Both the position numbers and the translations under genes were made by a program. The notes beneath the pieces were generated by a model. It did no database searches. It was given only the letters and a program-made list of their open reading frames with translations, and was not told where the DNA came from. Positions 43,102 to 56,345 of a DNA stretch of 64,000 nucleotides are shown in pieces. The DNA comes from the human T2T-CHM13v2.0 reference genome, Homo sapiens, in NCBI RefSeq assembly GCF_009914755.1, contig NC_060932.1; one strand, given 5' to 3'. The first letter of the stretch is position 1, and every line of letters begins with the position of its first letter.

Positions 43102-45954
43102 CTGTTCACGCTTTCTAGTCCTTCATTGTTCAATCTTAGTAGATTGTGTGTTTCCAGGAATTTATCCATTTCTTCTAGGTTTTCCAATTTATCGATGTAT
43201 ACTTGTTCACAGTCTCTAATGATCCCTTGTATTTCTATAGTATCAGTTGTAATGTTTTCTTTTTCATTCCTGATTTTATTAATTTGAGTTTCCTATTTTA
43301 TTTCTTAATTAGTATAGCTAAAATTTGTCAATGTCATCTTTTCAAAGAAACCAACAATTAGTTACTTTGATCTTTTGTATCTGTTTTTCGTCACAATTTC
43401 TTTTATTTCTGTTCTGATCTTTATTATTTTTTGCCTTCTATTAGTTATGGGTTTGGTTCTTGTTTTAGTTATTCTTTGAGGTGCATCATTAGATTGTTTA
43501 TCAGAAGTCTTTCTATTTTTATAACATAGGCATTTATTGCTATAAACTTCCCTCTTAATACTGCTGTTCTGGTATGTTGTGTTTTCATTTTCATTGTTTC
43601 AAGAAAATTTTTAAGTTTCTTTTTAATTGACCCATTGGTCATTAAAAACATTTTTTTTTAAATTTCCATGTATTTGCACATTTTCCAAAGTTTCTTTTGT
43701 TATTAAATTCTAGTTTTATTCTGGTGTGGTCAGAAAATATACTTGATATAAATTTTACTGCTTTGAATTTGTTGAGACTTGTTTTGTGATCTAAAATACG
43801 GCCTGCCCTGGACAATGCTCCATATATTGATGAGAAAAATATATATTATGCAGCAGTTCAATGAAATAATGTTCTATACATTTCTTTTAGGTCAATTTGA
43901 TTTACAGTAGTTTAACTCTGATGTTTATTTGTTGATTTTGTGCCTGGATGATCTGTCCATTGCTAAAAGTAGGGTCTCCTACTATTATTGTATTGCAGTC
44001 TCTCTCTCCTCTTTTAAGTCTATTAATGTTTGCTTTATATACTTGTGAGCTCTAGTGTTGAGTGTATAGATATTTATAAATGTTATATCCTTTTACCGGA
44101 TTGACCCATTTATCATTATATAGTAACCTTCTTTACTCATTTTTACCGTCTTTGATTTGTAGTCTGTTTTTTCTCATATAAGTGTAGCTACTTCTGCTCG
44201 ATTTTGGTTTCCAGTTGTGTAGGATATCTTTTTCCACCCCTTCACTTTAAGTCTATGTGTGTCCTTATAAATGAAGCAGATTTATTGTAGGCAGCATATA
44301 CTTGGGATTTGTTTTTAAATCCATTCAGTCACTTTGTGTCTTTTAATTAGGGAACTTAGTCCATTTACTTTCAATGATCCTACTGTTAAGCAAGGGCTTA
44401 CTACTGCCATTTTGCTGCTTGTTTTCTTGTTATTTTGGAGACTCCTCTCTTTCTTCCTTTCTTATTGTCTTTCTTTGTGGTTAATGATTTTCTCTGATAG
44501 TATGTTTAAGTTTTTTTTTAATTTTTAGTGTATCTCTTACAATTTTTATCTTGTGGTTATCATCATGCTTATGAAAACATCCTATAATTATAATAAGTTA
44601 TTTAAATGGATACCAACTTAATGTTGACTGCAACAAAGAAGAAACCAACCAACAACAAAAAAATCTATACACATTAAATCCTTTCTCCCCCATATTTTAA
44701 ATTTTTAATGTCACAAATTTAATTTTTCATTGCTTCTCTTAACTAATTAATAACATTATTTTTAATAGTTTTGTCTTTTAGTTTTCTTAGTAAAGATATA
44801 AGTGGTTTACATGCCATGATTCCAATATTAGTGTAACAGTAACATTATTGTCCTTTTCTTTCAGTTTGAAGAAATTTTAGCATTATTATAAAATTGGTCT
44901 AGTAGCAATAAATACCCTCAGCTTTTGTTTGACTCTGAAAGCCTTTAATCTCTTCATTTCAGAAAAGTAGCTTTGCTGGGTACAGTTTTCATGGTTGACA
45001 GGGTTTTCTTTCAGCACTATATCTTCTCACTTGCTCCTGGACTACAAGATTTCTTCTGAGAAATCTCCTGTTATTTGCTTCTTTTCTCTCACTGCTTTCA
45101 GGATCCTCTCTTCGTTTTTGACTGTTGAGACTTTAATCATGTCTTTGACTATTCTTATTTATGTGGTATCTGATTGGTGACCACTGACCTTCCTGTGCCT
45201 AGATATTTGTATCTTTCACCAGGTTAGAAAAGGTTTTTTTTTTTTGTTTCTTTGAATAAACTTTCTACTAAATCATCTTTCTCAGTTCTCTCTTTAACTG
45301 CAGTAACTCAAATATTTGTTTGTTTGATATCCAGTAGATCTTGTAATCTTTATTCATTTCTTTTCTTTCTTTTTTCACCTCTGATTGTATATTTTCAAAT
45401 AGTCTGTTGCAAAGTTCACAGGTTCTTCCTTCTTTTTGATAAATTCTCCTGTTGATTCTCTTGATGAGGTCATATTTCCCTGAATGTTCTCAATGCTTGT
45501 GGGTGTTTGACTATGCCTGCACATTAAGGGGTTGGGTATTTATTTTAGTCTTTGCAGTCTGGCTTTCTGTATGCCTATTTTTCTGTAGAGGACCTTTCAG
45601 GGATTTAAATCAAACTCACTGTTTCTCTTTGAGCCTATGACCACTGCAGCCATCTCGTTATGAGAGGATGCTCTAAATCCATGATTGCCATAGGTCTCAC
45701 ATAGATTCCATGCTGGCCCACGTGTATCTGGGGAAGATAAAAGCAGTTTACTGAGGCTTTGTGGGAAAACTGGCCAGGGACATGAGTCCAGAAGACTGTC
45801 CTGGTGGGTCAGATCAGTGTGATTCTCAGCAGGTCTCTGCAGGGGTACATTGGGCCCCTGTCTATGGCAAGAAGGGCTGGGTTTGAAACTGTTGTCGTGA
45901 GAATGGAGTTGAATCTGCTGTAAATGGAAGCTGGTGGGCCCATTTATCCTATGT

Positions 45955-47860
45955 GGAACTTGCTGAGCTTCTTGAATATGAGAATTATTGTTTTTCATCA
46001 GATCTGGGAAACTTTCATCCATTATTTCATTGAATATATTTTTCCTTTGTCTTTTTCTTCTCTTTGTTGTATTCTCATTTCATGTCTGTTGGTGTGCTTA
46101 ATGGCATTTCACATTCTTCTAAGTCTGCTCATTTTTATTCATTTTTTTCTCTAGATTGAATAATGACCATTAATCTATCTCCAAATTTACTGCTTCTTTC
46201 TCTTGAAAATTCAAATCTACCATTGAGCCTCTCTAGAGAATGTTTTATTTTAGGTATTGTGTTTTTCTACTCTAAACTTTTCATTTGGTTTTTTAAAAAA
46301 TAATGTCTATCTCATTATTTATATTCTTTTTTTGATGATACATTGTCACTATATCTTCCCTTACTTCTTTATTCATAGTTTCCCTTAGTGCTTGGAAAAT
46401 ATTTTTAGTGGCTGCTTTAAAGCAACTTTGTGAAGCCCAACATCTAGGTCTTTTCACAGACAGTTTTTGGTGACTGATTTGTTTTCCCCTGTATATTATT
46501 AGTTCATTTTTCTTTTAATCTGCATTCCCCTAATTTTTTAATGATAATTTAACATTTTTGATATTATATTATATTATAGAAACTCTGAATACTGATTTCC
46601 TTTCTGAGCTTATTATTATTGTTTGCTTATTTATTTGTTTTGTTGTTTGCCTTGTGACTATTTTAGCAAAGTCTATTTTCTGCACAGCAGAAAGCCCCTC
46701 ATGTTGCTCTAAAGAGGGTGCAGCCATGGAACTGCACAAAGTCACTCCAGAATGAGAGTGGTTTTAGCAGGGCTCTATCTTCCTCATCTCTGTTAAGCCA
46801 TTTTTTTTTCTATTAGTTTCATACCAAGATTTTATGTTACACTAATGGTTGGATGATTTCTCTATTGTTTTAGACAATGCACTTAGGGGCATAAATTGTT
46901 CCACAGTGTGATGTTTGGGCACTTTTTCAGGAATAGATTTTGCATTTTATCCTTATTCCAAAAGGGTTCCTTTTATCTTTTCTTCTGGTTGTCTTTGGTA
47001 AACTAGCTGACTTTCAATGTAGCTTATTTTCTAATGGATTATCAATCTCCTCTTAATTGCTTACCTTCAAAATAGCCATTGCATTTGAGAGAGATATTAG
47101 ATTTAAAATTTTTTACACTCTGTTGTAAATAAAGTAAATTCTTTTAAGAAGAGTTTTGGAGCCTCTGTTATAAGGCCTGCCTCTTCCCCTGAGCAATATC
47201 TTTTTGAGGCCAGTGCTCCTTAGTTGGGGATTGGACAGTGGCCCCCTTTCCTTAGAGTAGAATCCTTGCATTATGAGCAGGGCACTGGGTGAGGGAAGTA
47301 CACTCTGGTCTTTGCATTTTGCCTTTCCTAATAGTGCTACCTAAGCCCTGTGAGTGAGCTGGGGTGGAGGTGATTGGGACCCACTATTCTTGGATTGCCA
47401 TACCTGGAATAAAGCCCTAGTCAAATGTATGAGGAATGGATGGAGAAAAGGTGTCCCTACTTCTCAGCTACACTCACCTGGAATTAAATGTCTTCAATCC
47501 AGAGCTAGGGGAGGATAAGAAATCCTGGCAGCTGCCCTCCCTGCAGAAATACTCGATCTCATGACTGGGAGCTTGGAGAGAGGGAGCACTGTTATCTTGG
47601 CACTGCTTGTAGTAGAGCTCCCATCACAATGAGGGGAATTGTGGGGACGGAGAATTTGGGACGTAGCTCAAGTGCTACAGATACATTTCTTACTAAAATT
47701 AAGTAGAATTTCCTGAAAAAATATTTCTTCACTGCTGTATATTCTTAAGATAATTTGCAGAGACTTTAAATGTGGTTTTTAAAATAATTTTCACCAGTAT
47801 TTTGTTTCACTAGGGTGCAAGTCTATGAAGTTGTTTATGCCACCATTTCAGAAGTCAAAG
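45955..47860 (-). mobile_element. Old L1M ORF1 / 5' region
   Basis: Minus ORF 45597-46022 starts 'ESFPDLMKNNNSHIQEAQQVPHRIN' (ORF1p-like); 'ttgagcctctctagagaatg..ttttaggtattgtgtttttc'. Confidence 0.7.
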
Positions 47861-49408
47861 CACCACTATTCATTTTACAACTTCTTTCTGCAAAGCACTG
47901 TACCACCTTCTGAATGTAATACGTAGTTGAATAAAAAAATTATTCCCGTATTCAATAATGTAATGGAAGAGGCAGGAGCATCCACAATTAGATATTCTGC
48001 AAGGCACACATGGTAAGTGCTAGAACAGAGGTGCAAAATGTTGTCATTGCTTACAGTAAAAGCTCCATTGTGTTTAAAGCAGCCTAAAAAGGTTTCTCAG
48101 AAAAGCAGAGCTTGTAATGGTTTTGACAGACAAAGGGGGAGAAAAATGCAAGAGGTAGGGAAGGTCAAGATCCTCAAGAAGAATGGTAAGAAATCCACTG
48201 TTTGTGGTAGAGGATCCAAGCTACATTTTCTTTCATAGGTTACTATTTTCTCATACAAAACAATTTAGTTACTTTGGAATCCAGGTTGATACTTACTTTT
48301 CAAGCAATCAGCTGTGATTGTTTACAGAGCAAATGTGGATTATAAGTAAGCACAGCAGGACAGTTTAGAATAATTCCCACTCAAGGTACATGAAAAAAAA
48401 TTTTAAGCAGCTTCTAGTATTAATATTTCTCAAAAGATTTAGCTTTACAGTTTAAAAATAATCAAACAATTCTGAAGCTCTAAAGCTGTTAAAAACACTG
48501 AAGTTTTATCATGCACATTTTTTCCCTCTACCCCTTCCAGCTTTAACACATCTTAATTAATGCTTAGTTTGGCTGTCACCAGCATCAACAATGTTTAGAC
48601 AACTGAATCCCAGGAAGAAGGTTGCAACCTGTGCCTCTTCTAGGTTATAATCTTACCTCATTTTTTAGTTACTTTATCACCCATGTCTGTCCGTTTTTCT
48701 TTTTACCTCTTGTCTATGAACATCTCTTTAAATTAAACAAATTAGAGAGTAAAAGATGAAGTGAATCTGCACATGAGTTGTTAGACTTTAGATCATTTGA
48801 CCCACTCTTTGCTCAATATTGACATTTAAGATGGAGGTTCAGCAGTTCTGCTAAGCTGAAGACTATGAGAACCAACATAGTTCTAGAAAGTAATTGCAAA
48901 AACAGCTATGATCACCAGATTTTTTAAAAAGGGCTTTTTTAAGCAATCAACAAAGAAACTGCTAGATCCTCTGTACCCTTGCCAAGAATCAGAGGACTGA
49001 ATGTATTGGGTGTAGTTACATTTAGTATACTGACATTTCCCAGAAGAGAATCAGCAAATTTCAGCTTCAAAACCAAGTCGTTTCATCTTTGAATATTAGT
49101 AATGCTGAGGTTGAGAAAAAGCAGTAAAAATGAAAATAAAGTTTGAAATAAATTCTTGAGAAACAACAGAATAAGGAAAGAGTTATGCACAATGTTGAAA
49201 ATGCCCAAGTAGGTCATACCAAGTAGTAATGGTAAACAGAGATCCTTGTTATACAAGGGCACATAGCAGAGACAACTGAGAATCTACAGTAATACATGAG
49301 TTGAGTCGGAGACAGAGCCATCCTTGTGTGGGTATACTACAACTGAGCAGTGGCTCTATTATTGCAGATGATTTGTGGGATTTCCTCTGCATGTGTGTGT
49401 GGTTATGT

Positions 49409-49745
49409 TGTTAAAGGTGGAGGGTGTCCAAGTTCTTGACGTCTTGAACAAAGAATGGGACAAAATGCACAAAGCAAGGAAGGAATGAAGGGATTTGTTG
49501 AAAATGCAAGTACACTCCACAGTGTGGGAGCAGGCCAAAGCATAGAGGTTCAAAAGCCTCATTACAGAATTTTTGGGAGTTTAAATACCCTCTACATGGG
49601 GGATGCCCTATGTAAATGAAGAGGATGAAATAAAGTTACAAAGTCATTTACTCAGCCTATACCCTATGGAGAGGATTTTTCCTGTCATAGCTGAAGTGTA
49701 ATCGGCCTTATGTTCTCTGCCTCCAGACCCTATTTTCATGCCTCA
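49409..49745 (-). mobile_element. MER61A-like ERV1 solo LTR
   Basis: Minus strand TGAGGCATGAAAATAGGGTCTGGAGGCAG...GGACACCCTCCACCTTTAACA; perfect 4-bp TSD atgt. Confidence 0.85.
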
Positions 49746-50309
49746 ATGTGATAGCAAGAACAGTCTGTGAAAAAAGAAATCCCCAAAGCAAACAAACACC
49801 AAAATGTGTTGAATGACTTTCCTTCTCTACATCTTGCTTCCTCCAGTCTCTTGACTGTTGGCTCACTCAGTCAGAGGATGAATGATCCACATTCACTTTC
49901 TCTGTGGTAGTTGGGTGGAGAGGACTTCAGCTGTCACGAGAAATGTCACCATGATCTTGGCTAAAATGACTAAACTCAGGGGTAAGAAAACAGCCCAGAC
50001 AACATGGCATCGTGACCCACCAATTCTTCCATTTCTATTGTGTTAAATATCATATAACAATTATGTAGTTTTGTTATACTCCTCAAAGAAATTCCTGAGA
50101 AGCAGTTTCTATTAAAGAGAGTGCTTTTTATTGTGTTCTACATGCCCTAGAGTTTTGAGCTTAAACCACACCAACTGGATTTATCTATTTGTTTATTAGT
50201 AACCTAAATAATGTTATGACAAATGGGATTGGGAAACATTTTAATTTTTAATATCTTAATAATATCTTAATAATAAGGAATGTTTTGCTTAAAAACATTT
50301 TAGAAAGAC

Positions 50310-50560
50310 TAATATAGTGGTTAAAAGCCTGATTTGGACCTAGAGTTAACTAGATTAGAATCCTGACTCTACCACTTTCTACTGGAGTATACTTGGGCAA
50401 CCTAAACTAACTCAGCTTTAAATTAATCATCAAAAAAACAAAGATAATAATATTTCACCAGCTTGTTTTAAGAATAAAAGGAGACGATGAAAATAAAACT
50501 CACTATAATGTCTGACACATCGTCTGCACTCAATGGCAGTTGTTACTGTCATTATTCTTT
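50310..50560 (+). mobile_element. MIR SINE
   Basis: 'atagtggttaaaagc...gaatcctgactctaccact...cttgggcaa...cactcaatggcagttgttact'. Confidence 0.7.
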
Positions 50561-50959
50561 TATAGAACAGAACAATCCAGAGAGTCCTGTAATCTCTCAA
50601 TTTTTTAGGGTTTCTCATCATGACCTTTGTACCTGGCTTTATCACAGGCAGAGTCCATTGAGAACAGATCCCTGGCCAAAAAACCAGGTCAAAACTGAGG
50701 AGATCTAGGTAACACCTAGGTATTGTTGCAGGGGAAAATGGGCTATTAGTAATTATGAGGGAAGAGAAGGAGATAGTTCAGAATAAAGCTTCAGGCAGGC
50801 AAAGAGAATCATTTCAACAAAGCTATAAATCAATGTTAATGGATACATTTGGTTTCATAAATTATAAATGATTTGAACTCTTCATAGTTATGTTAAAAGT
50901 AATTTTGACTAATTTACATACTTTTGCATATAATCAAATTCTATAACAACATTGAAAGA

Positions 50960-51100
50960 TAAATATTATTAACCACCACATTTGAAACATGAAGATACTG
51001 AGGACAAAAATGATTCTGGACTGTACCCAAGATCAGAAGCCAGAAAGTGGCAGAGCCCAGATTAGAACCCAGATCCGTTTGACTCTACAATCCTACTCTT
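50960..51100 (-). mobile_element. MIR SINE fragment
   Basis: 'gatactgagg...cccaagatcagaagccagaaagtggcagagcccagattagaacccag'. Confidence 0.7.
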
Positions 51101-51363
51101 TGTATTTTTTTCTAGCCTTGGTTTCATAGCAAATACTGAACTCCTAGAGGATGGGAGCAATGGTGTTCCTATGTACCTTTGTAACTATTAGCTGTGGGAT
51201 TTTGCTGCACTGCCCCCCACCCCCTGCCCCACTCCCACCCAGTGCTACTTCCCTGAGGTCAGTTCTGGGAAGCTGCATTGGTGACCATGAGTAGACAGGC
51301 ACTGACCACTGATTGCAATAGCACTTGCTCTGGCTTGGCTTTTGGGCCTGGGGAGGAGGAGAG

Positions 51364-51824
51364 TGTATTCTTTTCCTAGGGCTGCCTTAATGAAGTTCCA
51401 CAGACTGGTTGGGTTAAACCAATGGCAATTTTTTCATCTCATGGTTCTGGAGACTAGAAGTTCAAGATGGAGATGTTAGCTGGACCATGCTTCCTCTAAA
51501 CCCTGTAAGGAAATGCTCCCTTGCCTCATGCTGGCTTCTGATTTTTTGCTTCCAACCTTGGCCTTCCTGGGCCAGTAGGTGCACCACTTCAATCTCAACC
51601 TTTGTTCTCCACATGGCATTCTACCATGTCCCTGTCTTCACATAGCTGTCTTCTTATGAAGACACCAGTCATATTGAATTCCTGGCCCATCCTACTCAAG
51701 GATGACCTCATTTTAGCTAGCTACATCTGCAATGATCAATTTCCAAATAATGTCACATTTTAAGGTTTAGAGGATTAGGACATCAACATATTTTTTTCCA
51801 GGGGACACAATTCAACTCATAGCA
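51364..51824 (-). mobile_element. MLT1B/C-like MaLR solo LTR
   Basis: tgtattcttttcctagggctgcc...ggggacacaattcaactcatagca; perfect 5-bp TSD gagag. Confidence 0.88.
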
Positions 51825-54279
51825 GAGAGAATCTTGCTTCTCTCATTTATATTTTATAAAATTTGATTTGTTCTATAGTCAGGACTCTTATTGAGAACTT
51901 TATCAGAAATATTATCTTTATAGAATACAACAGAATTCCAGAGTCAAGGAAATAAAATGTTTATATTTATATCATCCTTATAGAATATACCTGTTTGTTT
52001 CTTCCTAAGAATCATTGAGTATATTGGTAACAGAATGAACAATTAATCAAAGTTAAGTGTACCAAATAGACTGAGGCATAGTGGAAGTCAAGCCATGACC
52101 CTCCCATGTCTCTATGCCATTGGCACAGAGGTGTGGTTTCCCTATAGTTAGATCATTGCCATGCTCATTTTTCCCAGGAAAGTTTCTCAGCCTTATCCCT
52201 TCTCAGTAGAGCAATAGTCAGTCTTTGAGACCACATGAAAATGTTAGAGATCAGGTCTGAGCTGCATTCGAGTCTCATTTTACTATCAAACATTCAGGAA
52301 AGAGCCCACAGCCTACAGGCAAAGCAGGTGACCAGCAAGAACAGTTGGCATGAATAAGTGCCACAGCAGTCACCTGCAAAGCCGTGCTGCCCCGGGCATA
52401 GCAGCTGTAAAAATTGCAGTAATAAAATGGATCAAGCAGAAATCTACCTCAGCTGCAGCTGCTGTAAAGGAAGTTGACTGGGATGACTCTGGAACTTGGA
52501 CCCCAAAGAGAAAACAGCTGTTCCCACAACAGGCGCTTGAAATGGCTGTTAATTCCATACCACCTAGAAAATTAATGGAAACACAAAGAAACCATCCATG
52601 GCAAATAAACGTCAAAGAGCTTTCTGATCGTAAGGATGGCTACAGAATGAAGCAAAGGAGGAAGCTATTTATAGAATGATAAATTAAGACCACCACTACC
52701 ACAACAAATCAGTCTTAAAGATCCTCTTTGATGTCAACTCTAAGCATTTTCTGATGGAAAGGCCAAGAATGATCTCTCTGCATATGGCATGAAAGAATCT
52801 AAAGGGGCTTAGAGAAGAGGATGAGTTTTGTGTTTAGAGCAGTGCTGCGGAATGTTAGTGCAACTATTATCAACTAACATTTTCCTCTGAAAGTCCGACA
52901 GTGAAATATTTCTACATATAGGTCTTATCTGAACCTCCTTCCACAAAGTGCAGATCTCTGGGCCCTTTGTGTCTCAAGAATCTGGTCAGGCTCGGTGGGA
53001 AGTGGGTGTAGGAGAAGGGGATCAGTCCTCCACAGACTGTGCTTACATGGAACCCAGAGGGTGTGACCCACATAGTAGGTTCATGGGGAAGAATTTTCCA
53101 TAAAAATCAGGCAGATTATCCAACCAATTTATTTGTCAGAGGAGGAGGATCCTGGTATGAAGCAAAAGTACAGCTCTTAGGAAAATGGATGAGAGCAAGT
53201 GGATTCTAAGCAGAGTAAAGTCTGGAACGCTGAGGGATGCCCTGCCCCTGAGAAAGAAGCTTACTATTCAAGAATCTTAAGCCTCAGGCAGGGCAGCTGA
53301 AAATGAGCCAGACTAAACCTGGATTGGAACCTTATCTTTGTGTGTGTGTACTATGTTACCTAAACAGCCCAAATTCTCCCGTCTTTTGTTTGTCTGGCCC
53401 ATGATTAACCCTTCAAGCATGGCAGAATGAAATGAAAAAGAGGGAAGAGAGCCAGCCTCACTCCTTTGTGAGTGACAATGACTACCAAGTTGTCTTCAAT
53501 TCAACCACCAGGGCTTGCAACAGTAAAATCTCATAGCATCTCAACTATCATCTTTTTGTGTTCATATAAAAGGCCGAGGAATTGTGCAGTTAGTTGGCAT
53601 AAAAAAAAACTATGTGGACAGTTTTTCAACGCTGATTACAATAACTTAAATAACTTTCTGTTTTCATAGTACTTAATTGAGGAAAGCACAAAATTTTCGG
53701 AATCCTTTGTGAGTTCTTGCAGTATTTTCCTGAGGCAGATGGAGAATAAATACCTTCACTGCAGGTGCTCAGATGATCTATTATAAGGAATTACACTGAG
53801 AAGCACCCAGCCCATGTCTCGATCTACATGAACACTGCCCTGCACTGATGCTGAGTGGTCCTAAGTGGATGTCCATTGCCTATGAAACAGTAACTGCCTT
53901 TTCCACAGCCTTTCAGAATATCTGCCAGTGCTAATCAAACAAATGCTGGTGTAATTAGACAGTCCTAATGTAAATGCTTAATAGAAGCATGGCATTCTCA
54001 TCTGATTACTTCACTGCTGCCGAGAAAAAGGATGTAATTTAACATTAAGACTATAATTAGCAAATAGTGCTCTTTTGCTAGGATAAACAAAATCCCTTGC
54101 ATTTTGACAATAACTTTCATTCAGAATTTAAAATAAAATAACCTAACTACTCATAACCCTACTTTGAACACACTAACCCAGTCAATATCATTTAAGTTGC
54201 ATTCAAAAAGTAAATTCAAATCACTACTTTTCAAGAGTTGATTTTACTGGGAGCTGTTACTTTGTTAAAAATTTGGTTT

Positions 54280-54332
54280 TAGTAACATGGGAATCCTTAT
54301 TAGTAACACGGGGATCTTCATTAGTAACATGA
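54280..54332. repeat. 21-bp period tandem repeat (~2.5 copies)
   Basis: tagtaacatgggaatccttat / tagtaacacggggatcttcat / tagtaacatg. Confidence 0.85.
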
Positions 54333-54897
54333 AAATTTTCATTCCCCTTTATTTTTATTTTCAGTTTCTTGGTTTATTTTTAGTGGTTGCAGAGTATATG
54401 TCTGTGTATTAGAAAGTTTGTCGATTTTATAGTTCACATTAAGATAGCAAAAGGTATAAATGGTACAAACAGTCTCAATAGGCATCTTCCTCTGGTTCCT
54501 TCTATTAAGAAGAAAAGGTACCCAGTGGCTCCATTTTTTATGTTCCAAGTAAAGGGAGTCCATTAATCCAGTCTGGATTCTCAATGTCTTAGGGCACTTA
54601 GTCCTGGGCTGCTGTTGTACAGGTTTCTATTGGTGACAAGGGAAGCTGATAGCCCTTATATAGTGCCACAGATTAGGAGCTGAGCAGAAGCTGTCATTTT
54701 GTTCTACAGTGCTTGGCAATGACAAGTTCCCAGCATGACCATGAGAGTGAGTGCCTAAGATACAGTGGGTGGAAAAGGTCCCGTGGAGAGCAGACCAGGC
54801 AACTGAGAGTCCAGTGTGTGGGAAGGATCAGCCACATGTATACTGAAGTTGCCAAGAATCAAAGCAGAAGGGAGTCTCCTGTTTCGTAAAAGGAATG

Positions 54898-55244
54898 TAT
54901 CTTAGACTACCTGTACTGCTGTAGAAAAATATCCAAGACTAAATAATTTATAAAGAAAGTCATTTTCACAGTTCTGGAGGCTGGAAGTCCAAGATCAAAA
55001 AATCGTGCCTTGTTACTGCATCCTACAGCAGGGAGGAATGCCATGTTCCCAGGCAATGGAAGGGATGAAAGGGCAAGAAAGCCCAACTCCCTGTATCCAG
55101 CCATTTTACAGCAGCATTAATCCATTCTTGAGGGTGAAGTCCTCTTGACTTAAACACCTCCCAAAAGGCCCCAACTCTCAACACTGTTGCATTGAGGATT
55201 GTTTCCAACACATTAAGTTTGGGGGACATATTCAGACCACAGCG
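54898..55244 (-). mobile_element. MSTC/MSTD-like MaLR solo LTR
   Basis: 'cacagttctggaggctggaagtccaagatcaa...gggggacatattcagaccacagc'; TSD gaatg. Confidence 0.82.
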
Positions 55245-55384
55245 GAATGATGAGAACCAGGAACTGGAACCGACAGAAATGAATGAAAAACAAAAAAAGA
55301 AGTTACAAAGAGATTGATTGGCTATATGAGATTTAAATCTTGCAAAGCCTTTAGAAGAAAGAGAAGGATCAAAACTCTTAAGGT

Positions 55385-55700
55385 TATTAAAAAGAAGAAA
55401 AATCAGAGAAATCATGACAGCCAGGAGGAGCCTAAAGAGATATGACAACTAAATGTAATGTGATAACCTGGATGGGACCCTGGAACAGAAAAAGGACAGT
55501 GGGTGACATCTAAGGAAATCTGAGTGAACTATGATCTTCAGTTAATAATAATGTATCAATGTTGGTTCGTTAAGTCATTGCAACTTAGGAATGTAAGATG
55601 TCAGTAGTAGAAGAAACTGGGTGTGAGGTATCTGGGGATTCTTTCTGCCAGTTTCTCAATTATTCTGTACATATAAAAATGAAGTCTTTTAAAAAACAAA
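55385..55700 (+). mobile_element. L1MC/L1MD-type 3' end
   Basis: 'atgacaactaaatgtaatgtg...ctggatgggaccctggaacagaaaaaggaca', 'ataatgtatcaatgttggttc'. Confidence 0.75.
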
Positions 55701-56345
55701 TTAACTAAAATGAAGGATTCAATGAACATGTTAAGAGCCGACTAGATAGAGTTGACAAAAAAATCAGTGAGAAATCAAAATATCAAGACAGATCAGAAGA
55801 TAATGAGAATAAAGGATAAGGAGACAAAAAGATCTAAAATAAGAATAAGGAGACAAAAAGATCTAAAATAAGGTTAAGGAGACAAAAAGATCTAAAATAA
55901 AGAAGAGGTTAACAAGCTAACAGGCAGGGTGAGAAAGTCTAAACACGAACTTCTGCAGAAGAGAAAAAAATGAATGAGGCAGAAGTAATATTACAAAAGA
56001 TAATGGCTTAGAATGTTCCAGAAATGATGAAGGAACTCAATCCTTACATTCAAAATCCCAGTGAAGCCCAAGCAATTTAAATAAAAAGAAATACATACTA
56101 AGACTCTTAGTGAAACTGTAGAAAACCAAAGAAGATAATCAAAGTGACAGCCTTTAGACTAACAAGTAGCTTCTCTAAGGCATCCACAGCAGTTGAAAGA
56201 AGAAAGAAGAATATCTCTGACGTGCTAAAAGAAAAAAAAAAAGGTGACTGTTAACCTTGAAATTCAATGTGCAGAGAAATTACCTCTCAAGAATCAAGGC
56301 AAAGGGGGCAGTCTTTTCAGGTAAACAAAGATCAAAAGTGTTTGC
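55700..56345 (+). mobile_element. Ancient L1ME/HAL1-like ORF1 remnant
   Basis: 'gataatggcttagaatgttccagaaatgatgaagga...cattcaa...ataaaaagaaatacatactaagac' ORF1-like. Confidence 0.55.
55817..55900. repeat. 3 x 29-bp tandem repeat
   Basis: taaggagacaaaaagatctaaaataa at 55817, 55846, 55875. Confidence 0.92.

Larger units (their letters stand above)
41546..45950 (-). mobile_element. Second L1 (L1MA/L1PB-like): 5' region, ORF1 and ORF2 up to just past RT; 3'-truncated
   Basis: Minus ORFs 41473-41709 (DIPCS.IG.INIVKM), 42535-42759 (GFIPGMQ), 43469-43651 (AVLRGKFIA). Confidence 0.85.

Noticed and set aside
55817-55900. CRISPR-like array (also 26968-27045 and 43027-43101)
   Set aside because: Only 2-3 copies, no unique spacers of suitable length, no cas genes, eukaryotic context
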